A program made the translations under genes and the position numbers. From an uncultured Gemmatimonadota bacterium (GTDB taxonomy: Bacteria > JAAXHH01), in assembly GCA_951812955.1 (NCBI GenBank), contig OX638340.1:1856001-1920000 (forward strand): 64,000 nt of DNA, read 5' to 3'. The notes under the pieces were generated by a model. That model worked only from the letters and a program-made list of their open reading frames with translations. It made no database searches and was not told the origin of the DNA. Below are positions 48,536 to 57,512 of the stretch, one piece after another; position 1 is the first letter of the stretch; every line of letters begins with the position of its first letter.

Positions 48536-49570
48536 TCAGGTTCTGTATTTCTCCAGTTTCTTCTGTAATCCCGGCCGTTCGAGCACAGCCCTGTTCACCA
48601 CGTAGGGCGGCTCTTCGCCCCTGGAGACGGCCAGGGCCGCCTTGACGCAGTCGTGGCCGATATCACGAAACAGCTCATGGGTCCAGCACGACGCGTGGGG
48701 CGCCAGGATGACATTCGGGAGCGTGAGCAGCTCATCATCGGGATCGGGCGGCTCCCGTTCGAAGACATCGATGGCCGCGCCCTTGATCCAACCGTCCCGC
48801 AGGGCCCGGGTCAGCGCTTCCTGGTCGACGATCGCGCCACGGGCCGTGTTGACCAGGAAGGCGTCCTCCCTCATGAGGCGCAGTTCCCGCGCGCCGATCA
48901 GGTGCCGGGTGTGTTCGTTCAACGGGCAGTGGATGGTCACGAACGTGCTGCGCCGCAACAGGGTCTCACGGTCCACCAGTACAACGCCCAGTTGCGCGGC
49001 CTCTTCCGCGGACACCGCCGGATCGCTGATGAGGACTTCGGACGGCTCGAAGGGCGCCAGCATGCGCACCACCTCGCGGCCGATCATGCCCATGCCAATC
49101 AGGCCGACCACGCGGCCGCGGATCTCGCATCCCATGTGATCGAACCGGACACCCCAGTCGTCATTCCGTACGATGGCGTCCTTAATCGTCACCCGGTGGC
49201 AGAGTCCGAGCATCAGGGCCATCGTGGCGCTGGCCACGGGCCTCCGGGTGGCCTCCGGAGTGATGGTAATCATGACGTCCGCGTCTGTCGCCGCAGCGAG
49301 ATCGATCATGTCGTAGCCCACGCCGGTTCGCGCGATGAGCGCCAGGCGTTCGACGCCCGCGAAGCTTTCACGCGTGTAGGCCTGTCCCATGGATACGACC
49401 ACGTCGAAGTCTGAAAGCTGATCCGGGGTGACGGGACTCCGGTCTTCGGCAAGGTACGCGTGAGAGACTCCGGCCTTGTCCAGCAGGTCGACTCCGAAAT
49501 CGTCGAACACGACCCCGCCGTCTGGACCCAGCAGGTCGGCGACCAGGGCTACGCGGAATTCATCGGTCAT
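48536..49570 (-). CDS. D-isomer-specific 2-hydroxyacid dehydrogenase, NAD-binding
   Basis: GxGxxG Rossmann motif VVGLIGMGMIGREV. Catalytic R/E/H context (NTARGAIVD…APHAS). Confidence 0.8.
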   Translation of the reverse strand: MTDEFRVALVADLLGPDGGVVFDDFGVDLLDKAGVSHAYLAEDRSPVTPDQLSDFDVVVSMGQAYTRESFAGVERLALIARTGVGYDMIDLAAATDADVMITITPEATRRPVASATMALMLGLCHRVTIKDAIVRNDDWGVRFDHMGCEIRGRVVGLIGMGMIGREVVRMLAPFEPSEVLISDPAVSAEEAAQLGVVLVDRETLLRRSTFVTIHCPLNEHTRHLIGARELRLMREDAFLVNTARGAIVDQEALTRALRDGWIKGAAIDVFEREPPDPDDELLTLPNVILAPHASCWTHELFRDIGHDCVKAALAVSRGEEPPYVVNRAVLERPGLQKKLEKYRT

Positions 49571-49598
49571 ATAATGTGTTCCAGGATTGCGGTGCGTG

Positions 49599-51656
49599 TC
49601 AGAACAGGATCTGGGACGTCGACTTGGCGATCAAGACCAGGGAGACGGCCGCCATGCCGATCAGCCCAAGGCCGCACCCGTACCCGGCGAGGATCACCGG
49701 CGCGTAGGCGCGCCATCGTTTCTCTCCGTAGCGCCGTCCGAAATAGAACCTTCCCAGCATGGCGCCGATGAACGTGGGCAGCGTGTAGTGAATCCACGCG
49801 CCCGTGCCCAGTCCGGCCACCAGGCCGTAGAAAAGCAGCGGCGGCGCTTTGAGCAGGCTCAGCACCCCGTACAGCGCGAACGTGAACCCCATTCCGGCGC
49901 CGATATACTCCCAGCGGATCAGTTGCCCGATCACGTCTGAGCCGCCCGGCAGGGTAGACTTGATCCAGATCGTCTCCATCGTGGCCTGCAGCGGCCACAT
50001 CTTCTCGACGAAAGGATAGGCCGCGGACGGTATGGGCGCCAGTTTCCAGATCAGGGCGTAGAACACGAAACTGAATACGATAAGCAGTATCAGGCTCAAT
50101 ATATAGAGTTTGACCAGGCTTGGAAATCGCGTTCGGGTGAGTTCCAGCTGCCGGAAAGTCGCCACGACGCCGCTGTGATCGAAGAGGGGAACCGGGGCGA
50201 ACCAGATCGCCACCCCCTTGTAGCCCGACAGGTAGAAGGACCCCTCTCTGGCGTAGGGGAAGGATGACCCGTAGGGAGAGCCCGTCAAACCTATCATGCG
50301 GGCGCCGATGTAGGAGAAAAAAGGCGTCCACAGAAACCCGAACACCACGGAGATCCACACGGGAAACGCCGGTTCAAGGTAGTAGACCAGGGCAATAAAG
50401 CACAGGGTCGAAACCACCCAGAGCGCGATGGGGATGGGCAGCCTGAAATCACCCCTTTCCGGCGGCGGTTTGCGGGGGCCCTGCCCGCCGGACGCCCCAT
50501 CCGGGTCTCTCCTCAACGCGCGGGCGAAGGCGACCAGGCCGATCAGGCCGATGACCAGCGAAGTGCCGATGGAAGAAAAACTCAGCCAGAAGTCGATGGT
50601 GTTGTTGATGGAGGTGGGTATGGTGCTCATCCCCGGCGTCCAACTGTGCAACAGGCCGAAGTGGTAGAGGAGCGGATTGGCAATAAAGGTGATGACGAAG
50701 GAACTGATGAAGGTGCCGACCACGATCCAGAAGGGCAGGACGAATCCCACCAGGAGGGTGGCCATGTCCGTTCCGATGCCGATGGGCGACGCGGGCAGCA
50801 CGTCCCGGAACCGCGGCGTGAAGTCCGCGAAGGGAATGGGGAAGACCTCCACACCCTTGGTCAGCACCACGCCGGAAATGGTGGGGACGACGACATATAA
50901 TATGCCCCAGCCCAGTCCGATCATGGCGCCGACGGTGAACATTCGCCATCGCCAGGTCTCTTCCCCCGCCGACGATTCGGCCAGGGCGGTAGCGCCGGCC
51001 GCCTGCACGGGCGCCAGGGGGAAGGGCAGGCGTTCGGTGTCGGCCGTAATCCGGAAGAGCACGTATCCCAGGGAGAGCGCGTTGACCAGGCCGAGGATGG
51101 ACACGAGGACGGCCAGGAGAATGGGCTCCAGCCACTCCATGGAGAAGAGGGTCCGGGTGATCAACGAATCGGCACCCCGGGGCGGGGAAACCCACTGTGG
51201 AAGAAGCTGGGCCAGGCCGTCCGCCTGGGGAGACTGGATCAGGTACTGGAACCAGATCATCTTGGCGAAGGGCGCGCCGTGCACCGACGACCCGGCCGCC
51301 ATACCGCTGGCGCCCAGTCCCGTGGCCGCAAGCCCGGCGGCAAGCCAGTAGAGGATGATGGCTTCCTGAGGCTTGAGCTTTATAAACAGGCGCTTGCCGA
51401 TCTCGATGAACATGATGATGGTGACCCATTCCGCGGCGCCCGCGAAACTCTTGCCCGTCACCAGTTCCAGGTAGATCGCGCCGGGGAGCATGACCAGCCC
51501 CACGAAGAAGGCGGCCCAGATGATGCGGCTGCTGAACCCGTCCTCGTAGGGCAGGTTGTCCGGAACGATCTGCCACCGGTCATCCTGTTCGGCTCCGGTG
51601 GGAATCGCTTCCCGATCCCGCTGTTCGTGCTGCTCGCGTCTGTTTTCGTCGCTCAT
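49599..51656 (-). CDS. large polytopic membrane protein (685 aa), tentatively OPT-superfamily-like transporter
   Basis: Roughly 14-16 predicted hydrophobic helices. The N-terminal block SRIIWAAFFVGLVMLPGAIYLELVTGKSFAGAAEWVTIIMF weakly resembles the OPT-family N-terminus. ATG start. The family call is low-confidence. Confidence 0.45.
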   Translation of the reverse strand: MSDENRREQHEQRDREAIPTGAEQDDRWQIVPDNLPYEDGFSSRIIWAAFFVGLVMLPGAIYLELVTGKSFAGAAEWVTIIMFIEIGKRLFIKLKPQEAIILYWLAAGLAATGLGASGMAAGSSVHGAPFAKMIWFQYLIQSPQADGLAQLLPQWVSPPRGADSLITRTLFSMEWLEPILLAVLVSILGLVNALSLGYVLFRITADTERLPFPLAPVQAAGATALAESSAGEETWRWRMFTVGAMIGLGWGILYVVVPTISGVVLTKGVEVFPIPFADFTPRFRDVLPASPIGIGTDMATLLVGFVLPFWIVVGTFISSFVITFIANPLLYHFGLLHSWTPGMSTIPTSINNTIDFWLSFSSIGTSLVIGLIGLVAFARALRRDPDGASGGQGPRKPPPERGDFRLPIPIALWVVSTLCFIALVYYLEPAFPVWISVVFGFLWTPFFSYIGARMIGLTGSPYGSSFPYAREGSFYLSGYKGVAIWFAPVPLFDHSGVVATFRQLELTRTRFPSLVKLYILSLILLIVFSFVFYALIWKLAPIPSAAYPFVEKMWPLQATMETIWIKSTLPGGSDVIGQLIRWEYIGAGMGFTFALYGVLSLLKAPPLLFYGLVAGLGTGAWIHYTLPTFIGAMLGRFYFGRRYGEKRWRAYAPVILAGYGCGLGLIGMAAVSLVLIAKSTSQILF

Positions 51657-51756
51657 GGATTACACTCGGCCCCGGCCCGGTACCTACCTATTCGCTCTTC
51701 CAATCTTCACTCCCCGATCACTGCTTATAATGCGCCATACGCGCCCATTCTCCCGC

Positions 51757-52914
51757 CTACTCCGCCCTGATATAGTTGCCCGCCTTGTCCCAGTCCGGCC
51801 GCGTCAGGCCGTTCAGGTCCCATACCACCTGTCCGGCGCGCACGGTCAGCAGGCATCGCAGCCGCCGGTCGCCGCGCATGCGGGCGAGGCCCGAATCGAC
51901 GAAGCCGAATTCCCCGTATTCCAGTTCCAGCACGGCGACGTCCGCCTCCGCGCCGATGCTCAGGGTACCCAGTTCCGGCCGCCGTATGGTCCGGGCGGGA
52001 TTGCGCGTGGAGCGCATGACCACGTCCTCCAGGGTCATCCCCATGTTCAGGCATTTCGACATGGTCGTGATCATGCTCGCGTTCGGCATAAGGGCACTGT
52101 ACTTGTGGAAATCCGTGCTGACCGTATCCGGCAGGAAGCCCTGCTCGATGGCCGGCACGGCGATGCGGAACCAGAAGCTGCCGCCGCCGTGGCCCAGATC
52201 GAACAGGATGCCCTTGTCCCGCGCCTCCCGGACGTAGTCGTTCACCCTGCCGCGATGGTCCAGCAAGGGGATGTGCTGTGCGTACAGGTGGGTGTGTATG
52301 TCGCCCGGACTCAGTTTCTTCAGCAGCAGGTCCCGGTAGCTGCGGTTCGGCTTCGGTGCGAAATCGATCATGGCAATGGCGCCGCTCCGCCGGGCCGCCT
52401 CGACGGCGCCGTCGACCGCCTCCCACCCCGGTCCGTTGAAATGGGCGGTCTTGGATCCCACGACGTGTTCCGGATACCTGCTGATCATGTCCGCGCAGGG
52501 CACGGGGTCCATCTCCGACACGTCCTGTTCCACGGCGCCTTCCATACCGGCGCCCACGATGTTGATCAGGGCCAGCACCCGGGTTATGGACTCGGCGATG
52601 ACCGTGTCCTTGAAGTCTTCGAATTTCTTCCACCCGGCGCCCCCTGTATCGAGCACCGTGGTCACGCCGTTGGGGAGCACGTGGGCATCGGGGAACACCC
52701 ATCCCCGGTAGCCGCCATAGGCGTGCATGTGGATGTCGATCAGGCCAGGCGTGACGTAATGGCCGTGGACGCGGGCGACCTGTCTCCCGTGCTCCGCCGG
52801 GATGTCGTGTCCAACCGCCGCAATCAGTCCGTCGTTGACGGCGACGTCCCGGCTATCGTTGATGCCGTTTTGGGGATCGATGACCTGTCCGCCCTTGATT
52901 ATGAGATCGTACAT
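51757..52914 (-). CDS. amidohydrolase-superfamily protein (dihydroorotase/D-aminoacylase-like)
   Basis: N-terminal IIKGGQVIDP…VAVNDGLIAAVG…YVTPGLIDIHMHAYGG is the classic metal-dependent amidohydrolase opening. Confidence 0.7.
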   Translation of the reverse strand: MYDLIIKGGQVIDPQNGINDSRDVAVNDGLIAAVGHDIPAEHGRQVARVHGHYVTPGLIDIHMHAYGGYRGWVFPDAHVLPNGVTTVLDTGGAGWKKFEDFKDTVIAESITRVLALINIVGAGMEGAVEQDVSEMDPVPCADMISRYPEHVVGSKTAHFNGPGWEAVDGAVEAARRSGAIAMIDFAPKPNRSYRDLLLKKLSPGDIHTHLYAQHIPLLDHRGRVNDYVREARDKGILFDLGHGGGSFWFRIAVPAIEQGFLPDTVSTDFHKYSALMPNASMITTMSKCLNMGMTLEDVVMRSTRNPARTIRRPELGTLSIGAEADVAVLELEYGEFGFVDSGLARMRGDRRLRCLLTVRAGQVVWDLNGLTRPDWDKAGNYIRAE

Positions 52915-52924
52915 CGCTGCTCCT

Positions 52925-55900
52925 TCAGGTCAATTGCGGCGCTTCCGCGGGCGCTCGTTCCTCGACTTTCCGGTACTGGTCCTTGATGGACTCGGAAAGG
53001 GTACGCCACACGAGGAAACGTTTCCGCAGCACGGTGAAGAACCGGCGGTTGATGGTCTGCCACTGCGCAAGGTCCCCGCTGCGCCGGCGGATTGCGATCA
53101 TGATCCGGTACAGGCTTTCACCCGGTACGGGCTCCAGTTCCAGCGCCACGTCCTGGCTGATGGCGAGATCGTAGGGCGCGAGCCATACCGTCGCAGATAC
53201 ACGGTAGCCTTCTATAGGCCGGGCCGGTACCACGTCATGCGCCGTTCCCTCCGCGACGAAATCCTCGGCCGAACTGTCCTCGTGGGTCTGGAAAATGTGT
53301 GCCAGGTATCCCGCCAGCGGATAGGCCTCCGGGATGGTGACGGTAAAGGGAAACTCGAAGCGCCAGTCGTCGCCGTCGGGCGTTGGTGGCGCCCAGCGCC
53401 GGGTCACGTCCTCCACCGTCATGTCCGCGGCCTTTTTGGCCGGGTAGAGGGTGGACAGGAACACGACGACCATGACGACCACCGTCGCGTATACGGTCGA
53501 CAACGAGGAATAGTTCAGCGACAGGCCGCCCAGCAGGTCCCACTGCGACAGGCCCATGGTGATGATCTGGCCGGTGAGGTACCCGAACACAGCGCCTAGG
53601 GTGGCGAATACGGCCGCTTCGGCGATGAACAGCGCGGCAACGTGGTTCGGCGCCAGGCCCACGGCGCTGTATACGCCGATCTCCCGGAACCGTTCGAACA
53701 CGGCGCCCATCATGGTGTTCAGAACCAGGAACGCCGCGATGAGCACCGGGATGATCAGGTTGGCCAGGCCCGAGACCGAAGTGGCGCCAAGGGAGCTGTA
53801 GACCTTCACCTCGTCTTCCGTTCCGACAAACACGGCCAGGAGGACCCGTGACATGAAGGCCTCCACGGAATCGCGGAGTTGATCGCCATCCGCGAACCCC
53901 GTGATCGCCACGGACCGCGTGGATCCGTTCAGGTCGAGGGTCTGGCGGTAGGGCAGGACCAGCACGTTGCGGGATGGCAGGTGTTCGGAGGCCTGGATCG
54001 TTGACATGAATACCTCCACGTCCATTTCGGTCAACGAACGGGTCATGGAAAAACTGGCGGGCATGATGCTTTCGTCGTCCATGTCCCGGTAGGCGTCCAG
54101 GCCATCGGATTCGAGCAGTCCGATCACGGTATAGCGGCCGCCCAGGATCTCCACGACCGCCGTACCTACGTCCTCGGGCTCCACGTCCAGCCTTTCGGCC
54201 AGTTCCGTGGGCAGCAGACACACCGCCCTTTCGTCAGGACCGAACCATCGCCCGCCCGGTACCAGGTAGCGGTCCAGCCCGGAAATGGCCGGTTCGTCGG
54301 CGTGAAGTCCGAGCAGGGACTGTACCGTGGTGGAGGTTCCCCGGCCCGGCGCCCGCAGGTCTATGTAGGGGCTGGTGAGATCCTCGGGCTCGTACCACGA
54401 CCTGGGCACGACCTCGGCCTGCGCTTTGAAGGCGTTTTCCACGTAGGGCAGGAAAGAAGAGGGCAGCGAGTGCCACGACAGGTTGCGCATGAGGACGCCG
54501 TCGTACGGGGGGGCGTTCTCGCGGTCCAGCGTATAGAACTGGATGCCGGTCCTGAAGGAGGTGAAGGAAAGCACGGTAAAGGTCAGCAGGGTCAGCGTCA
54601 CCGCCGTCAGAGCCGTGCGCAGCTTCCGCTTGCGAAGGTTCGAAATCCCGAGCGATATGGCCACCGCCGTGGCGCTCAGCCGGCCGATGTCCGCCTCGTG
54701 AAGGCCGGCCGCCGACCGGGTCAGGTTCTTCATCTCCGTGTCGAACCGCGTGACGATCATGGTAATGATAATCAGCGCCATGGCCAGGATGATGAAGGCG
54801 AGGAAAACCATGTAGGGCGTCAGGCTGAGTTGAAAGGCCGGATGCACGTTCTGCAGCAACAAAAAGACCGCCGCGAAGATCACGCCCACCGCGAGCAGCC
54901 GCTTGCGAATGTCCGGGAACCCGAAGAACAGTCGCTCGAGGAAGAAGCAGAAGGGTACCAGCAGCATGAAGTAGAAAACGATGCCGTCCACCGTGTCGTC
55001 CGCGGCGTACCGTACATCGGGATAGGCGCGGGCCTCGTAGCCCCACGCTTCCCTCGACCGGGCCACGAAGGCATCGTAGCGGCGGTCTTCCAGGGCTTCC
55101 CGCGCCGCCCGAAGCGCCTGCGTGCTTTCTTCATGCAACTCGGCTGCCCGGGCGTTCGTCACGCCGTGGTCCTCCAGTTTCATCAGCCGCGCCCTGTTGA
55201 GCGACCACAGGTCCAGGGCGCTCTGGTAGAAGGGATAGAGAATCGGCCCCCGGTCCGCCGTGAAGCCTTGTCCCTGTGCCAGGGCCATGACGTCGTCGGA
55301 GATGCTTTCCGGCGGATCGTCGAGCCAGGACTCCGGCGTATTGGTCAGCAGGTACTTGACGCCCCGGGGACCCGCGCTCATGAACATCTTGACGCGGTCC
55401 TCGGGCTTTGCGAAGACCACCGCGGCGTTGGTCATCCAGTTGCCGAAGAAACTCTGGTCTTCCACGAAGGCCGCCCCGTACTTTCGCAGTGGGCTGTTGT
55501 CCCGTCCGAGCACGGTCAGGTTGTCGAGAGCGACGAAGACGCCGGGATCGACGATATCGAAGAGGTTGATCTCCTCGCACGGAAAGAGGACCTGTATGGT
55601 ATTGTTCACCTTGGACGAATTCGGCACCGCGAGAGGGAAGGTGGCGTCGCCCTCCTCCCCCAGGTCCGGCGCGTACACGACCCTGCCTGTGTCGTCCAGG
55701 CCATAGCTGCGAACCTCGGTCGGGCCCTTGGAGTCGCGGACCATGGAAAAACGGAAGTAACCCATCGAATCCGCGTGGGTGACCATGAACCCCCGCACGC
55801 CGCTGTGGCTCTGGTAGCCCGGCTCGTAGACGACCAGGGCATCGGATACCGGGGTGTTGGGCTTGAAGAAATCCACGGTGCGGTCGAACTCGAGGACCCG

Positions 55901-57511
55901 GCCCTCGATGTCGCGGCCGTCGTCTTTCAGCCGAATGGACTCGTCCACGTCGAAGGCCTCGGGGTCCGACAGCATGGCCGGCAGCAAGGTGCCGATGGTC
56001 CTGATCTGCCGGACCAGGTTGGGGAAATCGACGTGCTCGACCCGGTCGACAGGCGTATCGATCAGCAGCCTGTTGTCGTTCACCGTGGAGAAGGTCATGC
56101 CATGCAGCCCCGCGAGCGTGACCATCTCATGATCGAAGGCTGGACCCGCGGGCATGTAGCTTTCCTGGGACCTGAGCGAAGGCGTCAGCGTATTGAGGTA
56201 GGCCGTCCGGCTGTCCTCCCGATCGTACACGCCGGCCTTGCGTGCGTAATTCATGTACCGGTCCGCATAGGGTTCGTACAGTATATCCAGATTCGAGGCG
56301 AAGAAGATGTAATCGCCGTAGCTGAACAGCCCGACCTGGTCCATCCGGCTGGTCAGGTCCAGACCCAGGAAAAGCGTGAAGGGGATCCGGTCCGCCTCAG
56401 GTATGCGTTCCAGGAAAAAATCGTCCGTCCGATAGTGGCGGTCCAAGAAGTCGTTTATGCCCTGCATGCCGTGGAAATGGGCGGACGTGGCCAGAAACAG
56501 CACGGTGTATCCGGGAGGATGGGCGCGGAACACGTCCAGCAGTTCCAGCATCGCCGCGATGCCGCCCGCGCTCTCGGCGCCCGGGGCCTGTCCGGGTACG
56601 ACCGACATGGCGTCATAGAATGCCGACAACACGACGACGCGGTCCTTCCACTTTTCTGTCCCGTCGCCGCCGGGAATCGGTTCGTCCCGACCCTGTATCC
56701 ACCCCATGACGTTCCAGGTTTCAGCCCGTTCCCACGACATGCGACCCCGGATCGTCACGTCGATGTTGCCGGGTCCTTCGGACCGGGCGGCCTGCAGCAC
56801 CTTCGCCGCGTGGGGATCGGGAATCCAGAACCGCGGGACGTCTGCGGGCACGTCCAGGATCTTGCGCTGGGCCTGGTTGTTGGTCACCGCGCCCGGACCG
56901 CTGTCGTAGAACAGGATAGCCTGCGCGCCCAGCATCCGCGCGTTGAGATACTGGTCTCGCCCGTCGAAATCGATCAGGACGATGCTTCCCTCGATCTCTT
57001 TCCCGTTGAAGGCCTGGAATTCGCCCCGGCGTCCATAGTGCAGTGGGCCTTTGATGCCGTTGGGAAAGGAATTCAGCCGGACCAGATTGGGCCAGAACTG
57101 GTACACCGGGATTTCGGTTTCAACTGAATCGTGCAGGGTAAGCGTGAACCCGTGGTCGACCGGCGAGGAAACGGTGAAGGTATCGATGGTTACTTCGGAC
57201 AGTCCCCCTGCATGGAACGCGTCGACCACGTACTCCATGGCCGCGCGGTTCCCCGGGTAGCCCACGACGCGCGACGGATGTGCGCTCATCGACCGGACGT
57301 GGGCCTCGACGCCCTCCACGGTCACGATTTCGGAGACTTCTTCCCAGGTCACTGGAGCTTCTTCGAGGGGCCTGGGAGTCACGTCATCGGGAAGCGAGAC
57401 GAACCTCAGGATCACGTGCTCCGTGACCCAGGCCGGACCGGCCACGGCCACGGCGAGGAAGAGCAGGACGCCCACGACAAGAAAGAAAGTTCCGAAAATC
57501 CGAGAATACAC
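52925..57511 (-). CDS. 1528-aa fusion membrane protein: N-terminal TM + PA domain + M28-peptidase-like domain, fused to a MacB/FtsX-type permease module, with a ~190-aa C-terminal tail
   Basis: PA-domain pattern GSIVLIDFDGR…AQAILFYD. M28-like blocks VVVLSAFYDAMSVVPGQAPGAESAGGIAAMLELL and LFLATSAHFHGMQGINDF. Three TM helices around residues 835-900. An FtsX N-terminal TM (NLRKRKLRTALTAVTLTLLTFTVLSF), a ~300-aa periplasmic domain, and an FtsX C-terminal 3-TM bundle (…REIGVYSAVGLAPNHVAALFIAEAAVFATLGAVFGYLTG…). GTG start, 1 nt after the upstream stop. Confidence 0.65.
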   Translation of the reverse strand: MYSRIFGTFFLVVGVLLFLAVAVAGPAWVTEHVILRFVSLPDDVTPRPLEEAPVTWEEVSEIVTVEGVEAHVRSMSAHPSRVVGYPGNRAAMEYVVDAFHAGGLSEVTIDTFTVSSPVDHGFTLTLHDSVETEIPVYQFWPNLVRLNSFPNGIKGPLHYGRRGEFQAFNGKEIEGSIVLIDFDGRDQYLNARMLGAQAILFYDSGPGAVTNNQAQRKILDVPADVPRFWIPDPHAAKVLQAARSEGPGNIDVTIRGRMSWERAETWNVMGWIQGRDEPIPGGDGTEKWKDRVVVLSAFYDAMSVVPGQAPGAESAGGIAAMLELLDVFRAHPPGYTVLFLATSAHFHGMQGINDFLDRHYRTDDFFLERIPEADRIPFTLFLGLDLTSRMDQVGLFSYGDYIFFASNLDILYEPYADRYMNYARKAGVYDREDSRTAYLNTLTPSLRSQESYMPAGPAFDHEMVTLAGLHGMTFSTVNDNRLLIDTPVDRVEHVDFPNLVRQIRTIGTLLPAMLSDPEAFDVDESIRLKDDGRDIEGRVLEFDRTVDFFKPNTPVSDALVVYEPGYQSHSGVRGFMVTHADSMGYFRFSMVRDSKGPTEVRSYGLDDTGRVVYAPDLGEEGDATFPLAVPNSSKVNNTIQVLFPCEEINLFDIVDPGVFVALDNLTVLGRDNSPLRKYGAAFVEDQSFFGNWMTNAAVVFAKPEDRVKMFMSAGPRGVKYLLTNTPESWLDDPPESISDDVMALAQGQGFTADRGPILYPFYQSALDLWSLNRARLMKLEDHGVTNARAAELHEESTQALRAAREALEDRRYDAFVARSREAWGYEARAYPDVRYAADDTVDGIVFYFMLLVPFCFFLERLFFGFPDIRKRLLAVGVIFAAVFLLLQNVHPAFQLSLTPYMVFLAFIILAMALIIITMIVTRFDTEMKNLTRSAAGLHEADIGRLSATAVAISLGISNLRKRKLRTALTAVTLTLLTFTVLSFTSFRTGIQFYTLDRENAPPYDGVLMRNLSWHSLPSSFLPYVENAFKAQAEVVPRSWYEPEDLTSPYIDLRAPGRGTSTTVQSLLGLHADEPAISGLDRYLVPGGRWFGPDERAVCLLPTELAERLDVEPEDVGTAVVEILGGRYTVIGLLESDGLDAYRDMDDESIMPASFSMTRSLTEMDVEVFMSTIQASEHLPSRNVLVLPYRQTLDLNGSTRSVAITGFADGDQLRDSVEAFMSRVLLAVFVGTEDEVKVYSSLGATSVSGLANLIIPVLIAAFLVLNTMMGAVFERFREIGVYSAVGLAPNHVAALFIAEAAVFATLGAVFGYLTGQIITMGLSQWDLLGGLSLNYSSLSTVYATVVVMVVVFLSTLYPAKKAADMTVEDVTRRWAPPTPDGDDWRFEFPFTVTIPEAYPLAGYLAHIFQTHEDSSAEDFVAEGTAHDVVPARPIEGYRVSATVWLAPYDLAISQDVALELEPVPGESLYRIMIAIRRRSGDLAQWQTINRRFFTVLRKRFLVWRTLSESIKDQYRKVEERAPAEAPQLT

Positions 57512-57512
57512 G

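Noticed and set aside
50449-51576. 375-aa and other overlapping ORFs (50449..51576 -, 49567..50358 -, 50677..51351 +, 51279..51770 +) inside the 685-aa membrane-protein gene
   Set aside because: They are out-of-frame or antisense overlaps. The 685-aa frame alone gives a membrane-protein-like sequence of regularly spaced hydrophobic helices, while the others are Arg/Pro/Gly-rich.
51556-52986. 476-aa plus-strand ORF and 325-aa minus-strand ORF (51725..52702) overlapping the amidohydrolase gene
   Set aside because: The amidohydrolase frame (51757..52914 -) has the canonical metal-binding N-terminus. The alternatives are low-complexity R/G/H-rich frames.
54302-57127. 941-aa ORF on the plus strand
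   Set aside because: It lies antisense to the 1528-aa peptidase-FtsX gene. It is extremely Arg/Gly/His/Glu-rich and repetitive, with no domain-like segments.
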